Shown here piece after piece: positions 44,816 through 58,800 of a stretch of 64,000 bases of DNA. Within the stretch, counting starts at the first letter, position 1, and each line of letters starts with the position of its first letter. A model generated the notes under the pieces. That model ran no database searches. It saw only the letters and a list, made by a program, of their open reading frames with translations, and was not told the origin of the DNA. Where the stretch lies: assembly GCA_002269645.1 (NCBI GenBank), contig NIVC01000206.1:1-64000 (forward strand), written 5' to 3'. The position numbers and the translations under genes are program-made. The stretch comes from Macrostomum lignano (Eukaryota).

Positions 44816-47800
44816 CTAGCAATCTAGTGCGGCCCCCCTTCGGGGCGCCCAATAAGAAAGGAGCAAAAATAGTTCATGGAAAACAATAAAAAAACACATT
44901 TTCTTAAACACTAATTCCTTCTTCACATTTTAAAAATCACCTTATTCGTGTAAAATTGTCACGGACTAAGATGTTTGCAAAATTAAAAAATCACTTTTTC
45001 TCTAAAATTAACAAACAGTCAACAAAATATCGTTTCACTAAATAGAAAATATTCCCAAGACAGCAAGCAACCCCCTCCAAAAGTGAACAATCGCAGATAG
45101 CAAGCATCCTCTAATGCTCATAGCAAGAATCACCACAGATAGCAAGCATCTGCAGATTAGCAAGCACCCCCAGATATTATAGAAGCATCCACCCAGATAG
45201 CAAGAATCCCTAAATAGCAAGCATCCTGCAGATAGCAAGAATCCCTGAATAGCAAGCATCCCTGGATAGAAAGAATCCCATGCATGTAGCCAGTACCCCC
45301 TCTCCCAAATAGCAAGTATCCCCCCTCGAGAGCAAGCATCCACGAGACAGCAAGTAGCTAGTGCAAATGTTACTTCCGCTAATGCAATAATCGCTTTCTC
45401 AGGTTGTGCAACAATCCACGTCTCAGCGAGCGCAATAATCTCTTTTTTAGACAGCGCAGTAATCAGCTTCTCAGCTAGTGCAATAATCCTTGGTTTATTA
45501 ATAGCAATAATCCTTGATTAATCAAGTGCAATAATCCTTGGTTTATCAAGTGCAATAATCCTTGGTTTATCAAGTGCAGTAATCTTTGGCTTATCAAGTG
45601 CAATAATCCTTGGTTTATCAAGTGCAATAATCCTTTGTTTATCAAGTGCAATAATCCTTGGTTTATCAAGCGCAGTAATATTTGGCCTATCAAGTGCAAT
45701 AATCCTTGGTTTATCAAGTGCAGTAATCCTTGGCCTATCAAGTGCAATAATCCTTGGTTTATCAAGTGCAATAATCCTTGGTTTATCAAGTGCAATAATC
45801 CTTGGTTTATCAAGTGCAATAATCCTTGGCTTATCAACTGCAATAATCCTTGGTTTATCAAGTGCAATAGTCCTTGGTTTATCAAGCGCAGTAATCCTTG
45901 GCCTATCAAGTGCAATAATCCTTGGCTTATCAAGTGCAATAATCCTTGGTTTATCAAGTGCAATAATCCTTGGTTTATCAAGTGCAGTAATCCTTGGCCT
46001 ATCAAGTGCAATAATCCTTGGTTTGCCAAGAGCAATAATCCTTAGTTTATCGAGTGCAGTAATCCTTAGTTTTCCAAGTGCAGTAATCCTTGGTTTATTA
46101 AGAGCAATAATCCTTGGCTTATCGAGTGCAGTAATCCTTGGTTTGCCAAGAGCAATAATCCTTGGTTTATCAAGTGCAATAATCCTTGGTTTATCAAGTG
46201 CAATAATCCTTGGTTTATCAAGTGCAATAATCCTTGGTTTATCAGATGCAATAATCCTTGGCTTATCAACTGCAATAATCCTTGGTTTATCAGATGCAAT
46301 AATCCTTGGCTTATCAACTGCAATAATCCTTGGTTTATCAAGTGCAATAATCCTTGGTTTATCAAGCGCAGTAATCTTTGGCCTATCAAGTGCAATAATC
46401 CTTGGTTTATCAAGTGCAATAATCCTTGGTTTATCAAGTGCAATAATCTTTGGTTTATCAGATGCAATAATCCTTGGCTTATCAACTGCAATATTCCTTG
46501 GTTTATCAAGTGCAAAAATCCTTGGCTTATCAAGTGCAATAATCCTTGGTTTATCAAGCGCAGTAATCTTTGGCCTATCAAGTGCAATAATCCTTGGTTT
46601 ATCAAGTGCAGTAATCCTTGGCCTATCAAGTGCAATAATCCTTGGTTTATCAAGTGCAATAGTCTTTGGTTTATCGAGTGCAGTAATCCTTAGTTTTCCA
46701 AGTGCAGTAATCCTTGGTTTATTAAGAGCAATAATCCTTGGTTTATCGAGTGCAGTAGTCCTTGGTTTATTAATATCAATAATCCTTGAATAATCCAGTG
46801 CATTAATCCTTGGCTTATCAAGTGCAACATTCTTTACTATCAAGTGCAATAATCCTTGGCTTATCAAGTGCAATAATCCTTGGTTTATCAAGTGCAATAA
46901 TCCTTTGTTTATCAAGTGCAATAATCCTTTGTTTATCAAGTGCAATAATCCTTGGTTTATCAAGCGCAGTAATCCTTGGCTTATCAAGTGCAATAATCCT
47001 TTGTTTATCAAGTGCAATAATCCTTGGTTTATCAAGCGCAGTAATCCTTGGCTTATCAAGTGCAATAATCCTTGGTTTATCATGTGCAATAATCCTTGGT
47101 TTATCAAGCGCAGTAATCTTTGGCCTATCAAGTGCAATAGTCCTTGGTTTATCGAGTGCAGTAATCCTTGGTTTTCCAAGTGCAATAATCCTTGGCTTCT
47201 TGAGTGCAGTAATCCTTGGTTTTCCAAGTGCAATAATCCTTGGCTTCTTGAGTGCAGTAATCCTTGGTTTGCCAAGAGCAATAGTCCTTGGTTTATCGAG
47301 TGCAGTAATCCTTGGTTTTCCAAGTGCAGTAATCCTTGGTTTATTAATAGCAATAATCCTTGGCTTCTTGAGTGCAGTAATCCTTGGTTTGCCAAGAGCA
47401 ATAGTCCTTGGTTTATCGAGTGCATTAATCCTTGGTTTTCCAAGTGCAATAATTCTTGGCTTCTTGAGTGCAGTAATCCTTGGTTTGCCAAGAGCAATAG
47501 TCCTTGGTTTATCGAGTGCAGTAATCCTTGGTTTTCCAAGTGCCGTAATCCTTGGTTTATTAATAGCAATAATCCTTGATTAATCAAGTGCAGTAATCTT
47601 TGGTTTGCCAAGAGCAATAGTCCTTGGTTTATCGAGTGCAGTAGTCCTTGGTTTATTAATAGCAATAATCCTTGGCTTCTTGAGTGCAGTAATCCTTGGT
47701 TTGCCAAGAGCAATAGTCCTTGGTTTATCGAGTGCATTAATCCTTGGTTTTCCAAGTGCAATAATTCTTGGCTTCTTGAGTGCAGTAATCCTTGGTTTGC

Positions 47801-48691
47801 CAAGAGCAATAGTCCTTGGTTTATCGAGTGCAGTAATCCTTGGTTTTCCAAGTGCCGTAATCCTTGGTTTATTGGTAGCAATAATCCTTGATTAATCAAG
47901 TGCAGTAATCTTTGGTTTGCCAAGAGCAATAGTCCTTGGTTTATCGAGTGCAGTAGTCCTTGGTTTATTAATAGCAATAATCCTTGGCTTATCGAGTGCA
48001 GTAATCTAAGTGTTTTTATTTAGTCCTTTAATAAAACCTTTTAATAAAAAATTTTACACTACTACTTTTAAACTACTTAGATTCGAACCTAGGTCGCTGC
48101 ATTAGCAGTCTGGTCTGTTCAGCTCTAGGCTAGCTCTCATCGAAGTTTTCAGTGATGTTGTACCACTTATATAATTCAACACTCACACCAAGTCAGGTAG
48201 AGTAAAAAGTCTCACGAAGCAGTTATGACATAATCAATTTCTTAGGCAAGTCAGTACCAGTGTCTATGAAAGTTTACAATATGGTTACGTAATATAAATT
48301 CAGTACTGCGCTATGCTTTCACACTCAAAGCTGTGACGCAATTCAATTGAGTGTCAAATTCAGCCAGTACACAGACGATAAATAAAGTGTATTGTGATGC
48401 AATCTATTTCAGAATCAGAATTCAACCAGTCAGTTTTTCTGCTAGCATTCTTACGATGCATTTCAAGTCGAAAGAGCTGCTTGACCTTTGCAAAAAAGCA
48501 TGTTTTTCGAATATTTAATCCCTTTAGCATCAAGCAATTTCTTAGCCACGATGCATGTACTGTCACGGGAAAATTTCTGATCGAACAGTGCAAGTTCGAA
48601 GAAAATCGGTTGAGCCGTTTTTGCTAAAATCGATCACACACACACACATACACACACACACATACCGACAGACCATTTTTAGTATATTGGA
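44816..48691 (-). mobile_element. Non-autonomous Helitron B (~3.9 kb) carrying a 2.5-kb satellite
   Basis: The 5' end is A|TCCAATATACTAAAAA (48691), followed by a (TG)n microsatellite. About 600 bp is homologous to the 5' part of Helitron A (48080-48691 vs 44260-44815). The 3' end is a GGCGCCCC-GAA-GGGGGGCC hairpin, then TAGATTGCTAG at 44816. Confidence 0.75.
45475..48005. repeat. 24-bp satellite (CAAGTGCAATAATCCTTGGTTTAT)n, ~105 copies
   Basis: Direct reading; source of the LSSAIILG / ALDKPRII pseudo-ORFs. Confidence 0.98.
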
Positions 48692-49877
48692 TATGTCTGG
48701 ATCAGTTGCACATAAAATATACTTTTTCGCCACGCTTTGTGAGTTTTATTTCTCTTTTAAGATGACACAAAATTTATTTACGAGCTACATGTATCTACAT
48801 GTGGGACATGTGGGTTAAACTTCTGTGGCACAAAGTTAGTGCATGTTTCTTTTAAGCAGTTGAATAGAATGCTTTTTTGAAGACAACAGTCGCCAAATAC
48901 GTAAAGGGCGGGCTTTCAAATAGCTTCTAGCGGTCCATGAGTCACCGATAGAGGCTTTTTGCAGCCGGGAGAAGCCTTTAAAAATGAACTGATAAATTTT
49001 TTCTAATTTTAGAATCAAACGAAAAATAGTAAAGTGACTCGGCTTTTCATAGAAACAATGCTTATTGACGGTTTTTTATTTTACTTTAAAAAATTAATTA
49101 ATAATAGTTCTGCTGATCATTAAGCCTCTGCTTGGAATAAATCTGACTCAATGCAGTCCACAGTTAATATCTTATCTATTAAGTTTAGCACTAGACCCTC
49201 TTCGAAAATATTTATACCTTTCTTGAGAAGCACTTACAGCTCTTGGACTGGGCTTTCTGTCGCGCATCAGAATTTCCTTTGAGTTGACGAGAGAGAAGGC
49301 GGGACAGTTCTCTTCATCCCTTTTATCCCGAATCCCAACAAAATTGAGTGAAGCCCGTCGACTGAAGATTATCTTTCAGCCAGTCGGGGCATCTGAAGAG
49401 ACGGCGGAAATATGAATGACAGTGATCTAGGCAGCACTGCAGCTTGATGGACTTCAAAAAGAAAAAGAATAACCTTTTGGTGCATTCCAAAGCGGAAACA
49501 GAATTGCTTATTCATCATTGGGCGAATGAATCTCCCAAAGTAAAATGGATATTGACTGGATATTTGATTTTCATATTTGACCGGCTTCCGGGATGCTACT
49601 TGCCTCCCCTCGCTTGAAAGCTCAATGATAGCCTCATTCATTTTTACCAAAGAATGCGTACCAAGATCCCAAGAATCTTGAGGAGCGATAAATTGACTGT
49701 TGTAGCGCTGCGTGTTTCAAGTAGTCTGGTGGCTTGATCTTAAAAATGTCTTCACGTTTAGATTATCACTGATACGACGGAAATGTCCCAGATACAACAG
49801 TTTCACAGATACTTCAGAGCCACCGATACATCAATGGGACAAAATACTCCAATGTCAGAGGCACTCAAGTGTCATAT

Positions 49878-50885
49878 ATGATGCGTCAGTGTCACAGATG
49901 ATGCGTCAGTGTCACAGATGATGCGTCAGTGTCACAGATGATGCGTCAGTGTCACAGATGATGCGTCAGTGTCACAGATGATGCGTCAGTGTCACAGATG
50001 ATGCGTCAGTGTCACAGATGATGCGTCAGTGTCACAGATGATGCGTCAGTGTCACAGATGATGCGTCAGTGTCACAGATGATGCGTCAGTGTCACAGATG
50101 ATGCGTCAGTGTCACAGATGATGCGTCAGTGTCACAGATGATGCGTCAGTGTCACAGATGATGCGTCAGTGTCACAGATGATGCGTCAGTGTCACAGATG
50201 ATGCGTCAGTGTCACAGATGATGCGTCAGTGTCACAGATGATGCGTCAGTGTCACAGATGATGCGTCAGTGTCACAGATGATGCGTCAGTGTCACAGATG
50301 ATGCGTCAGTGTCACAGATGATGCGTCAGTGTCACAGATGATGCGTCAGTGTCACAGATGATGCGTCAGTGTCACAGATGATGCGTCAGTGTCACAGATG
50401 ATGCGTCAGTGTCACAGATGATGCGTCAGTGTCACAGATGATGCGTCAGTGTCACAGATGATGCGTCAGTGTCACAGATGATGCGTCAGTGTCACAGATG
50501 ATGCGTCAGTGTCACAGATGATGCGTCAGTGTCACAGATGATGCGTCAGTGTCACAGATGATGCGTCAGTGTCACAGATGATGCGTCAGTGTCACAGATG
50601 ATGCGTCAGTGTCACAGATGATGCGTCAGTGTCACAGATGATGCGTCAGTGTCACAGATGATGCGTCAGTGTCACAGATACATCAGTGTCACAGATACGT
50701 CAGTGTCACAGATGATACATCAGTGTCACAGATGATACATCAGTGTCACAGATGATACATCAGTGTCACAGATGATACATCAGTGTCACAGATGATACAT
50801 CAGTGTCACAGATGATACATCAGTGTCACAGATGATACTCAGTGTCACAGATACGACGTCAGTGTCACAGATGATAAGTCAGTGT
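49878..50885. repeat. 20-bp minisatellite (ATGCGTCAGTGTCACAGATG)n; 40 identical copies then ~10 variant copies
   Basis: 49881-50680 is perfectly periodic; ATACATCAG variants follow. Confidence 0.99.
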
Positions 50886-52809
50886 CAATGTCACGGATCG
50901 TTGATATGATAGCATTTTAGATAACATTTTCTATTTTTCAGGTGATTAATTTTGAACGAATAAAGTTCGTTTTGTACGATTAGAACTTTTTTGGGCAACT
51001 ATTTGCAAGTAAACTACTAGTGGCTGTATTACACTCACTCCTTCGCAGTGCACTGCATACATTTTGAGAACAACAACAACAATTTAATCTTAGAATGTTA
51101 CCACATCTACCCCACCTACTAAACGCCGCCAAACTGCAGCAAATAGCCGCAGAATGGCTACCCCCTCTGGTTGCTAGCCCGCCACCCTGTCGAGTTTACC
51201 CATAGCCTTGAGTGCTTGTCGGGCAGTCTAAGGACAGTTTATCTCGTATCAAATCTGAATTTGCTACTCATTTGGCCAGCCTTATCGCTGCCGCCGCTGC
51301 AGTGGCGATATTCACCTCTCCTTTTTTTAATTCAATTGAAACCGAGTGCTTCATAAGAGTCTTTCTCTGGCCCGGGTCTCCTCACCTGTAGCCGCCTCAG
51401 TTCAGCTCGAATAAACTCAAACGCGTGGATAAACATTTTCTTGCACTTAATAACTTGTACGTGACTGGACTTTGGCAGGTATTCGGTCCATCTTGTATTT
51501 TTCTCTCTCTCTATTTCTCTACCCATTATTCTCTCTCGCTCATGGCGCGACCGATGTGAATTAGAGAAAAAAGAGCAATCGTGCTGCAGAATTGTAATGT
51601 CATAACTGCACATTATCAGTCTAAATTTAATGTGCCCGCCTACCTCTCTCTCTCTCTCTCTCCCTCTCTCTCTCTCTCCCTCTCTTCACTTTCTCACCCA
51701 GAGATATCACCATAGCAACCAGCTTCGTTCTCGACGGCGCTCGGGGTGGGTTGGTGCCAAGGGCTAATCGCTGTCGCAAATGGAAGCGGGTGCGTGCAAA
51801 TGTAAATAGGCGAATTCTCTGACTTACTGTTCTATCATTCCTTTCATTAGTGGCCTTCCAATCGGAGTTGAGAGAAGAGATTGAAAGAAATGGTAAAAAC
51901 AAGGAAAAGTTGGGGGAGGGCCGTTGAGGTGCGCGCTGCGTTTTAACAGTCACCCCCTACTGAGAGACTGCTCATTACGCCTAGAGCTGCTTTCGTCTCT
52001 TTTAATTTTCCATCCCTGTCTATTTCTTTTGTAGTTTGTCCGTCTATTTTAGACTCTTCCATAGTTTCTAGCTCGCATAAACTAGCAACGACCAGCCTCA
52101 GAGAGTCAAGAGACAGTTGAATTAGTGAGAGATCTAGATTTATCTTTATAGGTCGCTTCTGAATAAGGCGTCGTTACGCCTCGCTCCCACTCAACTCTTT
52201 TCGAAGCACAAACGTTCTTAAATAAAAGAGAAGGCCGAAAGAATCACGTGCAAACTAGCGAAAAGGGGGGCTGACAGGATTGTCTTTGAAGCAGAAATCG
52301 TTTCGGCAGTCAAAGCTGCAGTCAAAGCGTGTCGCTTCAGCAATGAACTTCAATCAAGACGCTGTGAGTTGCACGCGTAGGCGGATAGTTCTCTGAGTCA
52401 TTTTGTCTAGAAAAAGTATTGTACTTTTCCATGATTGCTAATTCGTGACGTCTGGCCCTCTGGAAGGGCATAGAAATCCTCTCTAGAGTGTCTTAGACCT
52501 CTAGTAGCTCGTACAAGATGGCAAGCCTCTCTGAAAACCCTCTGAAGATTGTTAGAGGTTTCAAGCTGAAAATGGGCTACCCTCTGAAAGACTCTGCCAA
52601 GAAACTTTGAGGGGTAATACGCTTACAGTAAACGTGTAGCAAATGATGTATTATTTAAATTATCCTACACACATTAGTGCATGCCTGAAACAATGTCACT
52701 TAAGGATGAGGCTACCGCGGCTGCGGGAAAACAGTCGCCAGGCCGGAAGAGCTTCGGCTACAGGGCTATCTTTCCCAAGCTGCTAGGCGATCAAGTTATG
52801 ACTGGCAGA

Positions 52810-55800
52810 ATGGATGGTCTGGTAAGTTTAGAGTGGCTTCTTAGTCTGTAGAATAAGTGGTTTCAGCTAATACTGAATTCGTGCTGGATGCACTTTACAA
52901 AAAACTGCAGGATCACTACGGTCATTGGAAACTGTTTCGCCAGAGTCGAGCAATGGGAACGGAGCGGCAACAGTTGGTTATTAGTCACATGAAAGTAAGT
53001 TGTAAATATTAACGTTATTGTGTTATACTCTTGTTTACTTACATGCATGCTGTACTTGTACTTTTTCCAACTGATCGCACCTCCCAATTTTCACCAGCGT
53101 GGCCTGCGCCATCGCCTCGATCGTCGGTTCGCGGCTATCCAGGAGAGCAGCGAGGCCAGTCGTGGCGCTATCAGCGACGGCCCAACGCCCGACGGCATTG
53201 CAGGTGGCGGCGGCGGTGGCGGCGGTGGCGGCGGTGGCGGTGATGTACTTTTAAACGGAAGACTAGCTGCGGAAGGTACAAATGCATCAGCCTCGGAGCC
53301 TCTGGCATCAGCTCGCGCTGCCGAGGTTACGCCACGTCCGAGGCCAGCAGACGAGCACGAGTCGCTAGAGTCCGACAGGTCCACCGGACTGTTTCAGCGC
53401 TACTCGCAGTACGGCGTACAGCGCTCCAACTCCACACTCAGCACAGCGGGTGTCATCCCGGTCGACTTTCTTCATCCGGAAACTGAGTCTACGCCGCCTG
53501 CCGCCGGACCGGCCACGTTGGCGGCCGATCCGCAACAGGACGAAAAAGTCAAATCGCTGCTGGACAAGGAGCTGACCTTCGTGAACACGTTTGCCGTCGC
53601 TTCCGAACTGGAAGAAGTCCTCAGCAGGCAGTCGTCCTCCATGACGGCCCTACCACCGATCGGGGCTCGAACTCGGGACGACGCCAAGACTCTGCTACTG
53701 TATGTGACGTCCAGCTTAGGTGATTTTGATGCCGAGCGAGCGGCTATGGCCGAGCATCTTGTGCCACATCTGCGGGACACTGCGCGCAGCTTTGGTCTGG
53801 ACTTTCGTCTGATTGATCCGCATTTTGGCTGCCGGTTTCACGCCTGCGACAACCACGAAGATATGAAAATCTGTCAGGAGGCTCTTGCCAAGACGAAGCT
53901 GTATAAGGATCGGCTAAATCATGTGGTATGTCGGATGCGTCTTTCTAGAGAATTTTCTATAAAACAGAAAATATGCGTCTTTCTAGAGAATTAACTTTAA
54001 TGCACAGTAATTTGATCGAAACTGGTAACTTTCGCATGCATGTAGTCGGATACCGGTGTGTTTGATCAAAAGGGATGTCAGCTTAAACTGCGGAATAGAA
54101 ATTAAAGTCGGCAAGAACTAGCAAACACTGGAAACGCCAGGAAGGGAAGTTGATGGTGCATGTCTTGGCGTTTCTAGTCGACTGCTCTGACAAGTTAGTC
54201 CGCTTGGTCCAGAGTTTTGCTTCGGGCTTCTTCGGATAGGTTGACATTCCCTTTGATTAGTGAAGCAATTATATTATTGAGTACTTGCCTATGCATATAG
54301 TTAGTGCATAGCTTAAGCAAGTGATAAATCAAGTATATCGGTTCCCTTCCTCTCAGATCCTACTCGGAGACAAATTCGGCAAGCCGAGCAGCCCGCCGAC
54401 CATTGATCGAGCCGAATTCGAACTAATCCGGGGCGAATACAACTCGGCCTACCAGAAGCTGCAGCAACTGCGAGTTGAGCGTCAAAAAGAGCTGGAAGAG
54501 ATGGAGACAGAGCGCAAAGTCCAGGAAGAAAAGCGCAACAGAGCCGGCGCAGACGATGATGATACGGATGATGATTTTGAAGACGCCTCAACTCGTCGAA
54601 ACAACCGGCGGACAAGCGTCAACAGGCGCCGGAGCAGTGTGAAGCCGAAGCCGAAGGCCAGCCTCACATCGGTAGCGAAGACGGTGGGCCGGGCGATGCT
54701 TATTCGCAAGTCTCAATTGGAGGATAATATACGCAGCATAGAGCCCTACTTGCCTAGCGAAAACTTCCTGGATACCTGGTATTACCTGGATAGCAGTCGC
54801 GTGCCAGTAGTTTACCGGCTAGCGCAGGTCAGCAGCGTTCTGCCAGAATTTTCCGCTTACAGAATGCAGGTTCAGGACCAGTGGCAGCGGACGGACCAGC
54901 AACTGTTAGCCACGCTCACCTTCTGCTCGCGTCGACTAGTGAAAAATGACGTCATGCCCGAGTCTGAGAGCACCATCCTTGCCCTAAACAAGTCGTCCGT
55001 GCTGGAGCAAGAGTTGCGCCAGACCGTGCTTCGATCGCGTGGCAGCCACTCGGACACTCTGATGTTTGTGCGAACTTTTGACAACTTGAAAGATCAAGTA
55101 GGCCAGCCACTCGCGGCCTTATATACGGACATTGAGCCGGGACGTGACGAGGTCGACTTAGAGGCTGCGCACGCTTTTTTTACGGTCAAACGGGATCTGG
55201 AATTGATGGTGTGTCAATGAACCGAGCGTTTTACTATGGTTGTAAACACTTTTAAACCAGGCAGATTCTATCACTACCAAATTCAGTTTAGCGTTCTGCT
55301 TTATTATAAAAAACTTGCTGAAAATTTCACCCTCAGGTGCCAGAAGACATCATCCACCGGGCTCAGATCAGTTGGATCCCAGAGGGCGGCGTCAATCCCG
55401 AGCGGTCGCGCATTCACGAGAATCACGTGAAAAAAATCTGCGCCCAGATTATCCGCGTCCTAGAGCCGCAGATTCGTCAAATTGGACTGGATCTGGAGAG
55501 GCACCAGACTGAGCAGCAGAGTCTGATGCACACGATTCAGGAGAATGAGAACTACTGCCTGCAACAGTAATTATATTCATTGCTTTATTTACTTAACGCA
55601 AATACTCTACTTCTTCGTACGAGCAAGTTCTCCGAATAGAGCATATGGTTCAGAGCATGTATCAGGGCATATGAACTCAACTAACCAACCGCTCTTTACC
55701 CGATGCGCAATAAAACTACGCTTTGGTGGAGGTGATTAATTAGACAAGTGCAGCATGCAGAACTAAGTAAGAAAGGGAAAAGTATGTAGCACTCTTATTC

Positions 55801-58800
55801 GGTGAACTGTGGTACAAACTCAAGGCCGATTAATAAAGGCCATGCATCCATAGTACATTTTTCTGATCTGCCCGGTCTCACTCTATTCATAGTTATGAAA
55901 GACGTGTAGCCAAAACAAACTAGCTTTGATGCGTTTGTATTACTTACAGTAGCTTCTAAGTATTAAGCTGTGACTCTTTTTTTCAATTTTCTCTCAGTGC
56001 CGCTGAATGCTACGGCCGCAAGACCATGCTAGCCAAGATGAAGGCGTACCTGAACTCGGACAGCATGATCCCCATGGTGGTGCACGGACCGTCGGGTAGT
56101 GGCAAGACCACTTTGATGGCGAAATGCTTCTCAAAATTGAAAGACTGGCTGCCGGAGAGTTCGACTTGTGTTGTTCGCGTTGTTGGAGTGTCCAGCAGGT
56201 CTGGGAACGTCCGCTACCTGTTGGGAAGCATCTGCCGAGAATTGCTGTTAAAGTGGAAAGAACAAGGCCACCCACCGCAGGTAACGAGGCTTTATTAATT
56301 TTTATTTTAATTGACTCTGACATGGATTCGGGGTTTCTTAGGGTCCTTAAGCCTGGTAGTTGTTAAGTATGTTACCTCCAGGTGACATGGTTTACCTCCA
56401 GGTGACGTGGGTTACCTCCAGGTGACGTGGGTTACCTCCAGGTGACGTGGGTTACCTCCAGGTGACGTGGGTTACCTCCAGGTGATGTGGGTTACATCCA
56501 GGTGACGTGGGTTACCTTCAGGTGATGTGGGTTACCTCCAGGTGACGTGGGTTACATCCAGGTGACGTGGGTTACCTCCAGGTGACGTGGGTTACCTTCA
56601 GGTGATGTGGGTTACCTCCAGGTGACGTGGGTTACATCCAGGTGACGTGGGTTACATCCAGGTGATGTGGGTTACCTCCAGGTGATGTGGGTTACCTCCA
56701 GGTGATGTGGGTTACCTCCAGGTGATGTGGGTTACCTCCAGGAAACATATTCCCTTATTCTAGGTAGAGCGAGTTTATTTAGCTCAAACTAGCCAAGTGA
56801 GCTATAGTCTAATGAGATGTAGATGTCAAATAAAAACCTACACACAGTACATATTTGATATTTCACTAATTCGTTTATAAGTGACTGGTTTTTAAATAGG
56901 TTCTATGTGCGCATCTATCTAAAACCTTTTTCACCAGCTAACACTTAAACTTGTCTGCGTCTTTCTATGGGGCTGATTTGAAATTTCAATATAATCTGGA
57001 ATTTTATTTTCCAGAAACGTTTCGCGAGCAATCCAGAGGAGATGCTGGTACAGAGTGTTTCAAATTTCAAATTTATTTATGCGTTTTTAACCTACTACAA
57101 TGATCAACTTCGAATGCTATCAGAATTAATTAGCAACTTTATTCTTGTAATTGTAAATTCCGGATTGACTATCTAATCAAGTTAATTACAAAATTTGACC
57201 AGATTTACACACATTCATCTCACTAACCTGTTTGAATAAGAACTATGACAACAAGTATATATTTATCTATGCTTGCCGTAATCATAAAGATATTATTCCA
57301 GACCCGAAAATTTGTTAATTGTTTAATGACAACATTTTTACGACTTTCGATTCAAATTCTCAACAGTTGTGATTTACAATTGGGAACATTGTCAGTTTTC
57401 CTGATGAAAATAAAAACACGTTTGAGGGCTATATGTATAATACTCTAACTGTTTCAAATGTTTGCAACAGTCGACTGCAGCAGCAAAGTCAATCAAAACC
57501 GTCTCTCCTACACGCAGGATTTCGCTGGCCTGGTCAACGAGTTCACTGCTCGACTTCAACAGGCCTCTCGCGACCGTCCGCTTGTCATCTTGCTGGACTC
57601 CCTGGGCCAGCTCACCGAAGAGTACCAAGGTCGTCGGTGCCACTGGCTGCCGAAGGTGTTGCCGAAATACGTCAAGGTGATCGCATCAACGGTTGGCGAC
57701 GAACGGGTCGGTGTGCTGGGCCAGCTGAAGAGCATGTACTCAGACGCCTCCCCGGATCACTTCATGGAGATGGAGCAGCTGACGGTCGAGGAAGCTGAGA
57801 AGATTTTGAGTTCGTGGCTAGCCAAAGAAGGCAAAACACTGACCACACCGCAGCTTGAGCATGTACTGTCGGCTTTTAATTGCGTGCCGTTGCCTCTTCA
57901 GCTGCGACTCAGCTTCCACGAATCCTTAAACTGGCCGCCCAGCTTCTTGCCCCGAGAATTTGCAGCCAAGACTCTGAAACAGTCGGTGACATTCTACTTG
58001 AGCCGACTGGAGTCTGGATTCGGCGATTTGCTTGTTAAACGAGCGCTCGGATACCTGACGGCCGCCAAGAACGGCTTGACAGAAGCAGAACTACTCGACA
58101 TTTTGTCGCTCGATGACCACGTGATGGACGTGCTCAACTTTCAGTTTCATCTGCCTGTGCGTCGCTGCCCCCCGATCGCCTGGCTGCGCCTGCGAAACGC
58201 ACTCGGCGAATTCTTGACAGAAAAATCCGTAGACAACTGTGTCACTATCGTCTGGGCATTCAACATGTTCAAGGAAGCCGCCGCGGAGCGCTACCTGAAC
58301 CAGAAGGAGAAGCCGGTGCTGCACAAGGCTCTGGCCGAATACTTCGACGGAATGTGGGCCGGCAACAAGCGAAAGCCGCACCTGGGCAACGAGGCCGGCT
58401 CCAACCGCTTCGTCAGCTCTCAGCCGTACTACTTCGAACGTCAAGAGCCGCCGGGATTCGTCTGCAATGACCGGAAACTCGCCGAGCTGCCTTGGCACCT
58501 GCGGGAGTCGCAGCAGTTTGAATCGTTGAAACAAAAGTGCCTGTGCAACTTTGATTTCATTCTGGCTAAAATGCTGGCTTCGTCGGTGCGACACGTGCTG
58601 GATTTGTACGAATCTGTGCTAAGCGCCGAGCCTCGTGACAAAGACCTACGACTGATATCCAACTCTTTGTACTTGTCTCGAGCCGAGCTGGAACTGGACC
58701 CGAAGCAACTAGCGTCACAGCTTCTTGGACGTATCACGGATGTGATCAAAGCCGATCGGCCAAAGGCTCCAGCAGATCCAAAGAAGTACCCATTTGTCCA

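Noticed and set aside
45475-47977. 819-aa and related ORFs (ALDKPRII / INQGLLHL) resembling LRR or repeat proteins
   Set aside because: They are frames of a 24-bp satellite inside a Helitron, open on both strands with frame switches.
49369-49650. 93-aa minus-strand ORF
   Set aside because: No recognisable domain or splice context; insufficient support.
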